Part shown: positions 1 through 11,896 of the stretch, in pieces | Layout of the letters: each line of letters starts with the position of its first letter | Position numbering within the stretch: position 1 is the first letter of the stretch | Assembly (NCBI GenBank): GCA_963843325.1 | Contig: CAWJKC010000007.1 | Location: forward strand, 14,401 to 78,400 | Length of the DNA stretch: 64,000 nucleotides | From: an uncultured Acidobacteriota bacterium | GTDB lineage: Bacteria > Acidobacteriota > Thermoanaerobaculia > UBA5066 > Gp7-AA6 | Direction of reading: 5' to 3' | Notes under the pieces: generated by a model | Databases searched by the model: none | What the model was told of the DNA's origin: nothing | The model's input: the letters and a program-made list of their open reading frames with translations, nothing else | Translations under genes and position numbers: made by a program

Positions 1-2
1 CG

Positions 3-224
3 GCCAACTGGTGCGAGCGCGAGACCTGGGACATGTTCGGGATCAAGTTCTCGGGGCACCCGGACCTGCGCCGGATCCTGACCTGGGAAGGCTTCAACGG
101 CTTTCCGCTGCGCAAGGACTTCCCGCTCGAGGGCATCGACACGGGCGCGGCCGTCTATCCGGAGGAATGGCCCGAGGGCGGCGGTCCCTCGAAGGGCGAC
201 ACGAACCGCAAGGTGGTCTCGTGA
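3..224 (+). CDS. nuoC: NADH-quinone oxidoreductase subunit C, C-terminal part (5' end lies outside the window)
   Basis: The frame-3 translation [44 protein letters not shown] is the conserved NuoC/Nqo5 C-terminus. The stop at 222-224 overlaps the GTG of nuoD. Confidence 0.9.
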   Translation, partial: ANWCERETWDMFGIKFSGHPDLRRILTWEGFNGFPLRKDFPLEGIDTGAAVYPEEWPEGGGPSKGDTNRKVVS

Positions 225-1426
225 GCGACGAGAAGATCTCGCAGGCCGAGAAGGACGAGGCCGCCGACTTCGCCGAGCGGGCGAAGGCGGCCGCCGCGCA
301 GCCCGGCTGCGCCCGAAGCCCACACGCTCTTCGACGTCCAGGAGATGGAGCTGAACTTCGGCCCGCAGCACCCCTCGACGCACGGCGTGCTGCGGCTCGT
401 GCTCAAGGTCGACGGCGAGAAGATCCTCGAGGCCAAGCCCGACATGGGCTACCTCCACCGGGGCACCGAGAAGCTCTTCGAGACCGAGACGTACCCGATG
501 GGGATCCCGCACACCGACCGCATGGACTACGTGGCGGCGGCGACGAACAACCACGCCTTCTGCCTGACCGTCGAGAAGCTGCTCGGCGTCGAGATCCCGC
601 GGCGGGCGCAGCTGATCCGCGTCATCCTCGACGAGCTCCAGCGCCTGTCCTCGCACCTCGTGTGGCTGGGGACCTCGGGCATCGACCTCGGCGCCGTGAC
701 GCCGTTCTGGTACGCCTTCCGCGAGCGCGAGCAGATCCTCGACTTCTTCGAGGAGTACTGCGGCGCCCGGCTGACCCTGAACTGCATGCGCATCGGCGGC
801 CTGCCGTTCGACCTGACGGCCGGGTGGACCGAGCGCGTGTCCGAGTTCATCTCCGACCTTCCGGCCCGCATCGACGACTACGAGCAGCTCCTGACGGACA
901 ACCGCATCTGGAAGAAGCGCACCGTCGGCGTGGGCGTGATCTCGGCCGAGGAGTGCGTCGAGTGGGGCCTGACCGGGCCGATCATCCGCGGCTCCGGCCT
1001 CGCGTGGGACCTGCGCCGCGCGCAGCCCTATGAATGCTACGAGGAGCTCGACTTCGTCGTTCCGACGCGGCGAGAACGGCGACACGTACGACCGCTACAT
1101 CGTGCGCGTCCAGGAGATGCGCCAGAGCGCGAAGATCATCCGCCAGTGCCTTTCGAAGCTCGAGCCCGGGCGACATCCGCGGCAAGGTGCCGCGCGTGAT
1201 CCGGCCGCCGGCCGAAGAGGTCTACGCCTCGATCGAGTCGCCCAAGGGCGAGCTCGGCTTCTACTGCGTCTCCAACGGCACCAACAAGCCGTACCGGATG
1301 CACGTGCGGCCGCCCTCCTTCATCAACCTGCAGGCGCTGCCGAGGCTGGCGAAGGGGCACCTGGTCTCCGATCTCGTCGCCCTGATCGGGACGATCGACA
1401 TCGTGCTGGGGGAGGTCGACCGGTGA
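221..1426 (+). CDS. nuoD: NADH-quinone oxidoreductase subunit D, reading frame broken as sequenced
   Basis: NuoD hallmarks are present: [40 protein letters not shown] and [38 protein letters not shown]. They lie in three frames (ORFs 345-1199, 1030-1686, 1034-1426). The shifts are near 1065 and 1170. A further shift probably lies between GTG 221 and 345. Confidence 0.9.
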
Positions 1427-1438
1427 ACCTGTCGGCCG

Positions 1439-2591
1439 ATGTTCTGGACCTACGCGAAGGTCGTCCTGCTCGTCGCGACGGTGCCGGCGATCGTCGGCTT
1501 CGTCATCGTGCTCGCCGAGCGCCGGATCATGGCGCTTCATGCAGGTGCGCCTCGGGCCCAACCGCGTCGGGCCCGAGGGGACGCTGCAGGGGCTGGCCGA
1601 CCTGGTCAAGCTCGTCACGAAGGAAGACATCACGCCGGCGAAGGCCGAGAAGGCCGTGCACTTCCTGGCGCCGGTCCTGGCCGTGATCCCGGCGCTCACC
1701 GCGCTCGCGGTGATTCCGTTCGGCCCGCCGGTGCAAGATCGGCAAGGTGATGGTGCCGCTCTGGGTGGCCGACGTGAACATCGGCCTGCTCTTCCTGCTC
1801 GCGATCACGTCGATCGGCGTGTACGGCATCATCCTCGGCGGCTGGTCGTCGAACAACAAGTACTCGCTGCTCGGCGGCCTGCGCTCGGCCGCGCAGCTGG
1901 TGTCCTACGAGGTGCCGATGGGCCTCTCGCTCGTGTCGCGTGCTCCTGATGACGCGCTCGCTCTCGCTCGTCGAGATCGTCCGGCGCCAGGAGTCGATGG
2001 AGCTCTGGTTCATCTTTCCGGGCCTGGTCGCCTTCTTCATCTACTTCGTCTCGGGCGTCGCCGAGACCAACCGCAACCCGTTCGACCTGCCCGAGGCGGA
2101 GTCCGAGCTGGTGTCCGGTTTCAACACCGAGTACTCGGGCGTCAAGTTCGCGTTCTTCTTCCTCGGCGAGTACACGTCCATGATCATCATCTCGTGCGTG
2201 GCCGTCACGGTGTTCCTCGGCGGGTGGCTGCAGCCCTTCCCGAACGTCGCCGCGCTCAAGTTCCTCGGGATCGTGCCGCCGGCGGTCTGGTTCCTCGCCA
2301 AGGTCAGCGCCTTCATCTTCTGCTACATCTGGTTCCGGTCCACGTTCCCGCGCTACCGGTTCGACCAGCTCATGGCGCTCGGCTGGAAGTGGTTGATCCC
2401 GCTGGCGCTGACGAACATCGTCGTGACTGCCTTTGCGATCCTCGCTCACCCCCGGACGAACGACCGGCCTCGTGTGGCTGGCGTGGATCTTCGGCTCGCT
2501 CTTCGTGGCGATGTACTTTCTCTCGAAGCTCCGGCAGAAGCTCGCGCGGCGCGAGCGCCTGGCCGCCGAGCCGCACCCGGTGGAGGGCTGA
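1439..2591 (+). CDS. nuoH: NADH-quinone oxidoreductase subunit H, reading frame broken at least 4 times
   Basis: NuoH motifs are present: [73 protein letters not shown] and PRYRFDQLM. They are spread over ORFs 1439-, 1539-1949, 1747- and 1940-2605, plus a last frame that ends at TGA 2589-2591. Confidence 0.9.
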
Positions 2592-2595
2592 TCCG

Positions 2596-3078
2596 GTGGC
2601 TCTGAAGAAATGGCTCGACAAGATCGCGCTGCTCGACCTGTTCGACGGCCTGTCCGTCACGGGAAGGCACCTGCTCAAGAAGAAGCTCACGATCGAGTAC
2701 CCCGAGCAGAAGAAGCTTCCGTCGGACCGGTTCCGCGGGATGTTCCGCCTCGACGAGGACCGGTGCATCAAGTGCTCGCTGTGCGCGATCGAGTGCCCGA
2801 TCAACATCATCTACATCGACTGGCACAACGAGAAGGACGAGGCGGCCAAGTCCGTCAAGGTGCTCGACCGCTTCGACGTGGACCTGAAGCGGTGCATGTT
2901 CTGCCAGCTCTGCGAAGAGGCCTGCCCGACGGTGCCGAAGTCGATCTGGCTGACGACCAAGACGTACGAGATGGCTTCCTACGACCGCAACGAGTCGCTC
3001 TACCTCGACATCCGGAAGCTCACGGACTGGGCGGAGGCGCCCAACGTGAAGCCCTTCACGGTCGTGGAGCGGGGGTAG
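2596..3078 (+). CDS. nuoI: NADH-quinone oxidoreductase subunit I (2x[4Fe-4S])
   Basis: GTG start at 2596. Two ferredoxin-type motifs are present, [12 protein letters not shown] and [12 protein letters not shown]. The frame is intact. Confidence 0.95.
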   Translation: MALKKWLDKIALLDLFDGLSVTGRHLLKKKLTIEYPEQKKLPSDRFRGMFRLDEDRCIKCSLCAIECPINIIYIDWHNEKDEAAKSVKVLDRFDVDLKRCMFCQLCEEACPTVPKSIWLTTKTYEMASYDRNESLYLDIRKLTDWAEAPNVKPFTVVERG

Positions 3079-3085
3079 GGCGGCG

Positions 3086-3640
3086 ATGACGGGCGGCGTG
3101 CTGCTGACGGGCGCCGGGGGATGGCTCTTCGCCGTCCTCGCGGTCTTCGCGCTGATGTCCGCGGTCGCCGTCGTCGTCGCGCGCAACCCCGTGCACTCGG
3201 CGCTCTTCCTGCTCCTGTCGTTCGTGCTGGTGGCCGCGATCTTCATCCTGCAGCAGGCGGAGTTCGTGGGCGCCGTCCAGATGCTGGTCTACGCGGGCGG
3301 GATCATGGTGCTCTTCCTCTTCGTCGTCATGCTCGTGAACCCGGGCGTCGTCGCCGTGGGCAAGGCGTTCCAGACGCAGTTCGACGTGGCGCTCGTGCTG
3401 CTGCCGATCTTCCTGCTGCCGTTTCTCTACATCCTCGGCACCGAGAAGCTGCCGGACGTGGCCGTCAAGCCGGACGCGTTACGGATGGTCGGGGACCGGA
3501 TCGCGGGCAACACCGAGGCCGTGTCCTGGGTGCTCTTCCGCGACTACCTCGTGCCCTTCGAGGTCGCCTCGGTCTTCCTGCTCGTCGCCATGATCGGCGC
3601 CGTCGTCCTCGGCAGGCGCTCGCTCGAGAAGATGGACTGA
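3086..3640 (+). CDS. nuoJ: NADH-quinone oxidoreductase subunit J
   Basis: Intact 184-aa polytopic membrane protein. [39 protein letters not shown] is typical of NuoJ. The position between nuoI and nuoK supports the call. Confidence 0.9.
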   Translation: MTGGVLLTGAGGWLFAVLAVFALMSAVAVVVARNPVHSALFLLLSFVLVAAIFILQQAEFVGAVQMLVYAGGIMVLFLFVVMLVNPGVVAVGKAFQTQFDVALVLLPIFLLPFLYILGTEKLPDVAVKPDALRMVGDRIAGNTEAVSWVLFRDYLVPFEVASVFLLVAMIGAVVLGRRSLEKMD

Positions 3641-3644
3641 CGCC

Positions 3645-3951
3645 ATGACGATCACGCTCAACCACTACATGATCGTCAGCTTCCTGCTCTTCTCGATCGG
3701 GTTCATGGGCGTCCTCGTGCGGCGCAACTTCCTGACGATCCTCATGTCGGTCGAGCTGATGCTGAACGCCGTCAACCTGAACCTGATCGCCTTCTCGCGC
3801 CGGCTCTCGCGACCTGACCGGACAGGTCTTCTCGATCTTCGTGATCACGATCGCGGCCGGCGAAGCGGCCATCGGCCTCGCGCTCACCATCTCCTTCTTC
3901 CGCCAGCGCCGGACGCTGGACGTCGAAGAAGCCAACACGATGCAGGGCTAG
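3645..3951 (+). CDS. nuoK: NADH-quinone oxidoreductase subunit K, one frame break
   Basis: The N-terminus [36 protein letters not shown] continues after a +1 shift near 3805 as [34 protein letters not shown]. The stop is TAG 3949-3951. Confidence 0.9.
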
Positions 3952-3962
3952 GCGGCAGCGCG

Positions 3963-6162
3963 ATGCGAAATCTCCTCTGGGCGATCCCGCTCGTCCCGCT
4001 GATCGGGTTCCTGATCAACGGCCTGGTGTACCTGCTCGTCGCACCGGACCGAAGGGCGCTGCGCACGGCCACGGCCACGGCAGCGGCGCCGGCAGCGACG
4101 CGCACACGGCGGCGACGGCGCCCGACGCTCGCCGGACACCGGCCACGATCCGGGTCATCACGACATCCCCTTCAAGGGCCTGCACACCGTCGTCGGCGTC
4201 GGCAGCGCGCTCGATCGCGTGCCTGCTGGCCTTCGGCGCCGTCTTCGACGTCGGGCTGAAGGCCTTCACGGAGGGCGCCGTCCCACAGCATGACGCTGTG
4301 GCGCTGGATCCCGCTCGGCATCAACCAGGCCGTGGGGCAGATCCCGGGCGCCGTGGGCGACTGGTACGTGGACGTGACGCTGCGGGTCGATTCGCTGTCG
4401 GCCCTGATGCTGCTGTTCGTGACCTTCGTGGGATTCCTCATCCACGTCTACTCCTCGGGCTACATGGGGCACGAGGAGGGCTACGGGCGCTTCTTCGCGT
4501 ACCTGAACCTCTTCATGTTCGCGATGCTCGTCCTCGTGCTCGGCGGCAACTTCCTGATGCTCTTCGTCGGGTGGGAAGGCGTGGGCCTGTGCTCGTACCT
4601 GCTGATCGGGTACTACTACGAGAAGAAGTTCGCGGCCGACGCCGGCAAGAAGGCGTTCGTCGTCAACCGGATCGGCGACTTCGGCTTCATCCTCGGCATC
4701 TTCGCGCGTCTTCGCCCTCTTCGGCTCGCTCGACTTCCAGAAGGTCTTCGCGGCCGCGGCGGCCAACCCGGCGGCGTACACGCCGTACATGACCGTCGTC
4801 TGCCTGCTGCTCTTCGTCGGGGCGTGCGGCAAGTCGGCGCAGTTCCCGCTCTACGTCTGGCTGCCGGACGCCATGGCCGGCCCGACGCCCGTCTCGGCGC
4901 TGATCCACGCCGCGACGATGGTCACGGCCGGCGTCTACATGGTCGCGCGCTGCAACGTGTTCTTCCGCATGGCGCCCGCACGCGATGATCGTGGTCGCGG
5001 TCGTCGGCGCCTTCACGGCGCTCTTCGCGGCGACGATCGGCCTCATGCAGAACGACATCAAGAAGGTCCTCGCGTACTCGACCGTGTCGCAGCTCGGCTA
5101 CATGTTCCTGGCCTGCGGCGTCGGCGCCTTCACCGAGGGCATGTTCCACGTCACGACGCATGCGTTCTTCAAGGCCTGCCTCTTCCTCGGCGCCGGCTCC
5201 GTGATCCACGCGATGGGCGGCGAGCAGGACATCCGGCGCATGGGCGGCCTCGCGAAGAAGATCCCGCGGACGTACTGGACGTTCTTCATCGCCACGCTGA
5301 CGATCTCGGGCGTGCCGTTTCTCGCGGCCTTCTTCTCGAAGGACGCGATCAAGGCCGCCGTCTTCCACGCCGAGTTCGAGGCCGTGCCCTGGCTGCCGCA
5401 GGTGCTCTACGCCGTGGCCCTGTTCACGGCGGGCCTGACGGCCTTCTACATGTTCCGCCTCCTGTCGCTGACGTTCTGGGGCAAGTTCCGGGGCACGGCG
5501 GAGCAGGAGTCGCACGTGCACGAGTCGCCGGCGTCGATGACGGTGCCGCTGATGGTGCTCGCGTTCCTCTCGATCGTCTCGGGCTACGTCGGCGTGCCGA
5601 TCATCGAGCACGGCGACCGGATCGGCGAGTTCCTGAAGCCCGATCCGCCTGCCCATCGCGGGCACTCCACGAGGAGGGCCACCACGCGCCGCTCTCGCTC
5701 GAGCTCGCGCTGATGGCGGCCGCGGTCGCCGTCGCCTCGATCGGCATCTACCTCGCCTGGTCCTGGTACACGAAGGGCGAGGGCCGCACGCCGGCGCGCC
5801 TGGCCGAGCAGTGGCCGGGCGTCTACCGCACCGTCACGAACAAGTACTACGTGGACGAGGCGTACGACGAGGTCTTCGTCAACGGCCTCGCGCTCGGCGG
5901 CGGGCGCTTCCTGTGGGAAGTGGACGCCACCGTCATCGACCTCATCCCGAACGGGGCCGCGGCCGTCACGAAGGGCGCCTCCTGGGTCGCCTCGATCTTC
6001 GACCAGTACGTCGTGGACGGGCTCGTCAACGGCGTCGCGGGAACGCTCCAGGGTCTCTTCCGCGTCTTCCGCCGCGCCCAGACGGGCCGCGTGCAGAACT
6101 ACGCGCTGGTGATGGGCGGGGGATTGTTCGGTCTCGTGGCGGTCTATTTGCTGTTTCGCTAA
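3963..6162 (+). CDS. nuoL: NADH-quinone oxidoreductase subunit L, reading frame broken about 7 times
   Basis: NuoL hallmarks are present: [61 protein letters not shown] and [16 protein letters not shown], plus a C-terminal amphipathic region. The pieces lie in ORFs 3645-4259, 4290-4988, 4789-6162 and 4985-5713. Confidence 0.9.
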
Positions 6163-6186
6163 AGACGATTCAATAGAGGAAGTCGC

Positions 6187-7772
<1,586 letters not shown>

Positions 7773-7776
<4 letters not shown>

Positions 7777-9225
7777 AGTTCGCGTTCACCCCGGCCGACT
7801 GGATCCTGCTCTCGCCGGAGCTGTTTCTGACGGCGGCGGGACTGCTGATGCTCGGCATCTCGGTGGCCGTCGGCAAGAAGCGCGAGGAGTTCCTCGCCTT
7901 TCTCGCGGTCCTGATGATCCTGGTGACCGGAGTCCTCCTCGTGTTCGTGTCGGCGCAGGCGGGGCGCAAGGTCCCGATCCTCGGCGGCGCGTTCGTGGTC
8001 GACAACTTCGCCCTCTTCTTCAAGGCGCTGGTGCTCCTGTCGCTCGCCCTGACCGTCCTCGCTTCCGCGCGGTTCGTCGGCGCGGCGCCGTATCCGGGAG
8101 GGGAGTACTACGCGCTGCTGCTCTTCTCGGGCGTCGGGATGCTCTTCATGGCCTCGGGCAACAACCTGATCTCCATCTACGTCGCGCTCGAGCTGATGGC
8201 GCTCTCGTCGTACATCCTGGCCGGCTACTTCAAGGCCGAGCCCAAGTCGACCGAGGCGGCTCTCAAGTACTTCATCCTCGGCGCCTTCTCGTCGGGCGTG
8301 CTGCTCTACGGACTGTCGCTCGTCTACGGCGTGGCCGGGATCATGGGCCTGCCGGAGCTCGCCGAAGCTCTTCGCGACCGCCGAGCGCTCGAACCTGCTG
8401 ATGCTCGGGATCCTGCTCGTGCTCGCGGGCCTGCTCTTCAAGATCGCCGCCGTGCCGTTCCACGTCTGGACGCCCGACGTCTACGAGGGCTCGCCGACGC
8501 CGGTGACGGCGTTCTTCTCGGTCGGCCCGAAGGTCGCCGCGTACGCCATCCTCGCGCGGATCTTCTACGTGGCGTTCGCCAAGTTCCACGCCGACTGGGG
8601 GCTCGTCGTCGCCCTGGTCTCCGCCGCGACGATGATCCTCGGCAACATCGCCGCGCTCCTGCAGAACAACGTGAAGCGGATGTTCGCCTACTCCTCGATC
8701 GCCAACGCCGGCTACGCCCTGCTCGGCGTGCTCGGCTTCCGGACGGAGTGGGGCCTCTGGGGCATCCTCGTGTACCTGCTCGCCTACACGCTGATGAACT
8801 TCGGCGCCTTCACGCTCGTCATCCTGCTCGAGAGCAAGGGCTACGCGGGGGAGCTCGTCTCGGACTTCAACGGCCTCGCCAAGCGCAGCATGCCGGCGGC
8901 CGTCGTGATGCTCCTGTTCCTGCTGTCGCTCGCCGGGATCCCGCCGACCGCGGGCTTCATCGGCAAGTACTACCTGTTCACCGCGGCCATGAAGGCGGGC
9001 TACGCGTGGCTCGCGATCCTCGCGGTCGTGATGTCGGCCGTGTCGCTCTTCTATTACTTCCGGATCGCGTCCGCGATGTTCTTCACGGAGGGCTCGACCG
9101 CGAAGCTGACGAGCTCCTATGCGCTGACGGCCGTCCTCGTCATCTGCGCGGCGGGCACCATCGTGATCGGCGTCGCGCCGCAGCCGTTCCTGTCGATCCT
9201 GAAGTCCTGCGTCCTGACCCCGTAG
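7773..9225 (+). CDS. nuoN: NADH-quinone oxidoreductase subunit N, one frame break
   Basis: ATG 7773 overlaps the nuoM stop (ATGA). The N-terminal half lies in the frame of ORF 6351-9815. The C-terminal half is ORF 8401-9225 (FKIAAVPFHVWTPDVYEGSPTPVTAFF, KRMFAYSSIANAGYAL). The shift is near 8350-8400. Confidence 0.9.
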
Positions 9226-9249
9226 TTCGTATCCCGATAGACTGCCGCC

Positions 9250-9453
9250 GTGAGCAAGTCCGGCGGCTGGGCGCAGGCGGTGACTCTCGGCATCCTGTTC
9301 CCGGCGCTGCTCGCCGCGGGCTACCTCCTCGGAAAGTGGACCGGTCGATGGCTCGGCCTCGGCGAATGGACGGCCTACCTCGGGGCCGGACTGGGGGTCA
9401 TCGGCGCCTTCATCGAGCTGTTCCGGTGGTCCGCGCGGCAGGACGGCGAATGA
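9250..9453 (+). CDS. Small two-TM protein, AtpZ/ATPase_gene1-like
   Basis: 67-aa ORF with a GTG start and two hydrophobic helices. It lies directly upstream of the atpI-like, atpB and atpE genes. The assignment rests on size, topology and context only. Confidence 0.55.
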   Translation: MSKSGGWAQAVTLGILFPALLAAGYLLGKWTGRWLGLGEWTAYLGAGLGVIGAFIELFRWSARQDGE

Positions 9454-9815
9454 CCGGCGAGGCGGCGGTCTTGAAGCGCGTCCAGAGGCGCGCGCTCGTC
9501 TTCACAACTCTTTCAGCCGCAGTGGCTTCTGCCTTCAGCTGGCGCGCGGCCCTGTCCTTGACAATCGCCGCGGCCGTGGTAATTTTCAGCCTCCTGGTTC
9601 TCGAGAAGCTGACCGAGCGTCTCGTTCCCCCGCAGGCGAAACATGGGATCCGCGCGCTGGTTCCCTTCCTGCTGGTGACGGCCGCGAGTGTGCTGCTGCT
9701 CGGCGTGGCGGCGTTCCGCTGGAAGGGTTTCAGCCTGGCGGGCGGCGCCGCGGGGGTCTCGGCCGCGGTGGCGGCCATCGTGCTGGAAGGATTCGAGTCG
9801 AGGCGAGGGGAGTAG
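9450..9815 (+). CDS. atpI: ATP synthase protein I-like membrane protein
   Basis: ATG 9450 overlaps the preceding stop (ATGA). The product is about 121 aa with 3-4 predicted TM helices. It lies immediately upstream of atpB. The call is based on context. Confidence 0.5.
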   Translation: MTGEAAVLKRVQRRALVFTTLSAAVASAFSWRAALSLTIAAAVVIFSLLVLEKLTERLVPPQAKHGIRALVPFLLVTAASVLLLGVAAFRWKGFSLAGGAAGVSAAVAAIVLEGFESRRGE

Positions 9816-9825
9816 CAAAGGTCCG

Positions 9826-10588
9826 ATGGAACATCATTCGATTCTGTACGGGCCGGTCAACCGCCTGCTCCTCGCGATCCTCGGCCCTCCGCCGGTCGCG
9901 AAGTTCTCGGCGGGATGGTCGAAGTTCCTCTTTCCCGACGGCGAGCACGCCTGGATTCCCGACACGGCGATCATGGTGCTCCTGCTGACGGCGATCGTCG
10001 CGATCGTCTTCCCGCTGGCCGCGCGCCGGTTCGACAAGGAGCGCCCGGGCGGCCTCCAGAACTTCCTGGAGATGATCGTCGACGCGATCCGCGGTCTCCT
10101 CGAGGACGTCATCGGGCACGGCGCGCAGAAGAAGTACCTGCCGATGATCGGCGCGCTGGCGCTCTTCATCTTCATCGGCAACCTGTTCGGCTTGCTCTAC
10201 CCGCTCCAGCCGCCGACGGGGTCGCTCTCGACGACGGCGGCCCTCGCCGTGATCGCGTTCCTGTACTTCAACTGGCAGGGCATCAAGGAAAACGGCGTGA
10301 TCGGGTTCCTCAAGCACTTCGCGGGGCCGGTGTGGTGGCTCGCGCCGCTCTTTTTCGTCATCGAGATCATCGGCAACTTCGCGCGCATCCTGTCGCTCTC
10401 GCTGCGCCTCTTCATGAACATCTCGGGCGAGCACACGGTGACCGGGTTCTTCGCGAGCCTCGTGCCGATCGTCGTGCCCTGGCCCCTGATGATCCTCGGG
10501 CTCTTCACGGCGCTGCTTGCAGTCGTTCATTTTCGTCACGCTCACGGCCGTGTACATCAATCTGGCCACGGCTCACGAAGAACATTGA
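9826..10588 (+). CDS. atpB: F0F1 ATP synthase subunit a, frame break near the 3' end
   Basis: ARILSLSLRLFMNISGEHTV contains the essential Arg motif of subunit a. After about 10515 the conserved tail QSFIFVTLTAVYINLATAHEEH is read in the +1 frame. It ends at TGA 10586-10588. Confidence 0.9.
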
Positions 10589-10619
10589 AATCGTTCGAGA
10601 AGGAAGAAGGAGAGTACGG

Positions 10620-10940
10620 ATGTTGAAGAAAGCGTTCTTGATCGGAATCGTCGCGCTGGCCTGCGTGGCCCTGCCGGCGATGGCCCAGGAGCCGGGTGCG
10701 GGCGGCGTGGCGTCGACGGGAGTGCGCTGGGGCGCGATCTCGGCGGCCTTCCTGCTCGGCATCGCGGCGGCGGCCGGCGCCATGGCTCAGGGCCGGGCCA
10801 CGTCCTCGGCGGCCGAGGCCATGTCGCGCAACCCGGGAGCGGCGGGACCGATCCGTCTCATGACGATCATCGGTCTGGCCCTCATCGAGTCGCTCGTGCT
10901 GTACGCCCTGCTCATCGCGGGTCAGATCAGCAAGCTCTAG
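10620..10940 (+). CDS. atpE: F0F1 ATP synthase subunit c with an N-terminal signal-peptide-like extension
   Basis: An AGGAAGAAGGAGAG Shine-Dalgarno sequence lies upstream of the start. The mature part, GAISAAFLLGIAAAAGAMAQG..RLMTIIGLALIESLVLYALLIA, is a classic c-subunit hairpin with the carboxylate Glu. The first ~22 aa, MLKKAFLIGIVALACVALPAMA, look like a Sec signal peptide. Confidence 0.9.
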   Translation: MLKKAFLIGIVALACVALPAMAQEPGAGGVASTGVRWGAISAAFLLGIAAAAGAMAQGRATSSAAEAMSRNPGAAGPIRLMTIIGLALIESLVLYALLIAGQISKL

Positions 10941-10948
10941 TCCGAACC

Positions 10949-10999
10949 CGGGCCTCCCGCCTCGTTTTCGGGGCTGGAGGCCCGTTTTGTCTCCTTTTG
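10949..10999 (+). terminator. Rho-independent terminator after atpE
   Basis: A 9-bp GC stem (cgggcctcc / ggaggcccg) has further inner pairing. It is followed by TTTTGTCTCCTTTT. Confidence 0.7.
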
Positions 11000-11019
11000 G
11001 ATACATTCTGACCCCCGGA

Positions 11020-11047
11020 GGAAACCTCCGAGGCGGTGGGAACGTAC
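11020..11047 (+). promoter_or_regulatory. Candidate ECF-type promoter upstream of the ECF sigma gene
   Basis: GGAAAC-N17-CGTA fits the generic ECF pattern of AAC in the -35 and CGT in the -10. It lies about 110 nt upstream of the 11158 start. This is a motif match only. Confidence 0.25.
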
Positions 11048-11157
11048 TTCCAAAGTGAAAAGGCCAAGACGCGCCGGGCCTCTACTCCGTAGAAAACTCG
11101 GAGGTTAGCCCGGTTCGACCAACGGCGGGAGCCGTCTAGGCCGGACGGGCAAGCATT

Positions 11158-11820
11158 TTGCGAAAAGAGACGGGCATGGAAAGAGTAAGCGTGCAGCCAG
11201 CTCCCGAATCCGTTGTGCCGCAGGCGGTGTCGGCGTGGGACTTCAACTCCCAGGTGATGCCCTTCGTGGACTCGCTCTACAACACGGCCTACCGGATGAC
11301 CCGCAGCGCCGAGGATGCCGAAGACCTCGTCCAGGAAACCTTCTTCAAGGCTTACAAGTATTACGACAAGTTCGAAGAAGGCACGAACCTGAAGGCGTGG
11401 CTCTTCAAGATCCTCAAGAACACGTTCATCAACAACTACCGCAAGAAGAAGCTCGAGCCCCGCAGCGTGGACTTCGCGGAGATCGAGGATTCCTTCGAAC
11501 GGATCGTCCGGCGCGACAGCGCGGAGCCGGCGGGGGACCCCGAGACCGAGTTCTTCAACGGCGTCATGGACGACGACGTCCGCAAGTCGCTCGAGTCGCT
11601 GCCCTACGACTACCGCATGGTCGTGATCCTGGCCGACCTCGAGGACTTCTCCTACAAGGAGATCGCGGAGATCCTGGACTGCCCGGTGGGGACCGTCATG
11701 TCCCGGCTCTACCGCGGCCGGAAACTGCTGGAAAAGGCGCTCCTGAAGTACGCCCGCAAGCACGGGTACATCCGGGGAGCCGAACCGACCAAGATGCGCA
11801 CCCGCCCCCGGTCCGCCTGA
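11158..11820 (+). CDS. ECF (sigma-70 family) RNA polymerase sigma factor
   Basis: Region 2 is AEDLVQETFFKAYKYYDKFEEGTNLKAWLFKILKNTFINNYRK. Region 4 is LPYDYRMVVILADLEDFSYKEIAEILDCPVGTVMSRLYRGRKLL. The start is TTG 11158, with ATG 11176 as an alternative. Confidence 0.9.
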   Translation: MRKETGMERVSVQPAPESVVPQAVSAWDFNSQVMPFVDSLYNTAYRMTRSAEDAEDLVQETFFKAYKYYDKFEEGTNLKAWLFKILKNTFINNYRKKKLEPRSVDFAEIEDSFERIVRRDSAEPAGDPETEFFNGVMDDDVRKSLESLPYDYRMVVILADLEDFSYKEIAEILDCPVGTVMSRLYRGRKLLEKALLKYARKHGYIRGAEPTKMRTRPRSA

Positions 11821-11896
11821 GGCCGATCGAGGACAGGAAGTCCCGCGGAAGGGACGGAATAAGGGCCCCTCGGGGCCCGTTTCCGTCTCTGGCCCG

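Noticed and set aside
4046-4170. His/Gly-rich insertion ([14 protein letters not shown]...HHD) in the first loop of NuoL as a possible metal-binding feature.
   Set aside because: The tract lies between frame breaks, and I cannot determine which of the three frames is translated there. The His-rich reading is only one of the options.
9250-10940. Possibility that the atpZ/atpI/a/c cluster is an N-type (Na+) ATPase operon.
   Set aside because: N-ATPase operons have the order beta-epsilon-Q-R-a-c-b-alpha-gamma. Here nuoN precedes the cluster. A terminator and a sigma factor follow subunit c. The c-subunit Na+ signature is incomplete.
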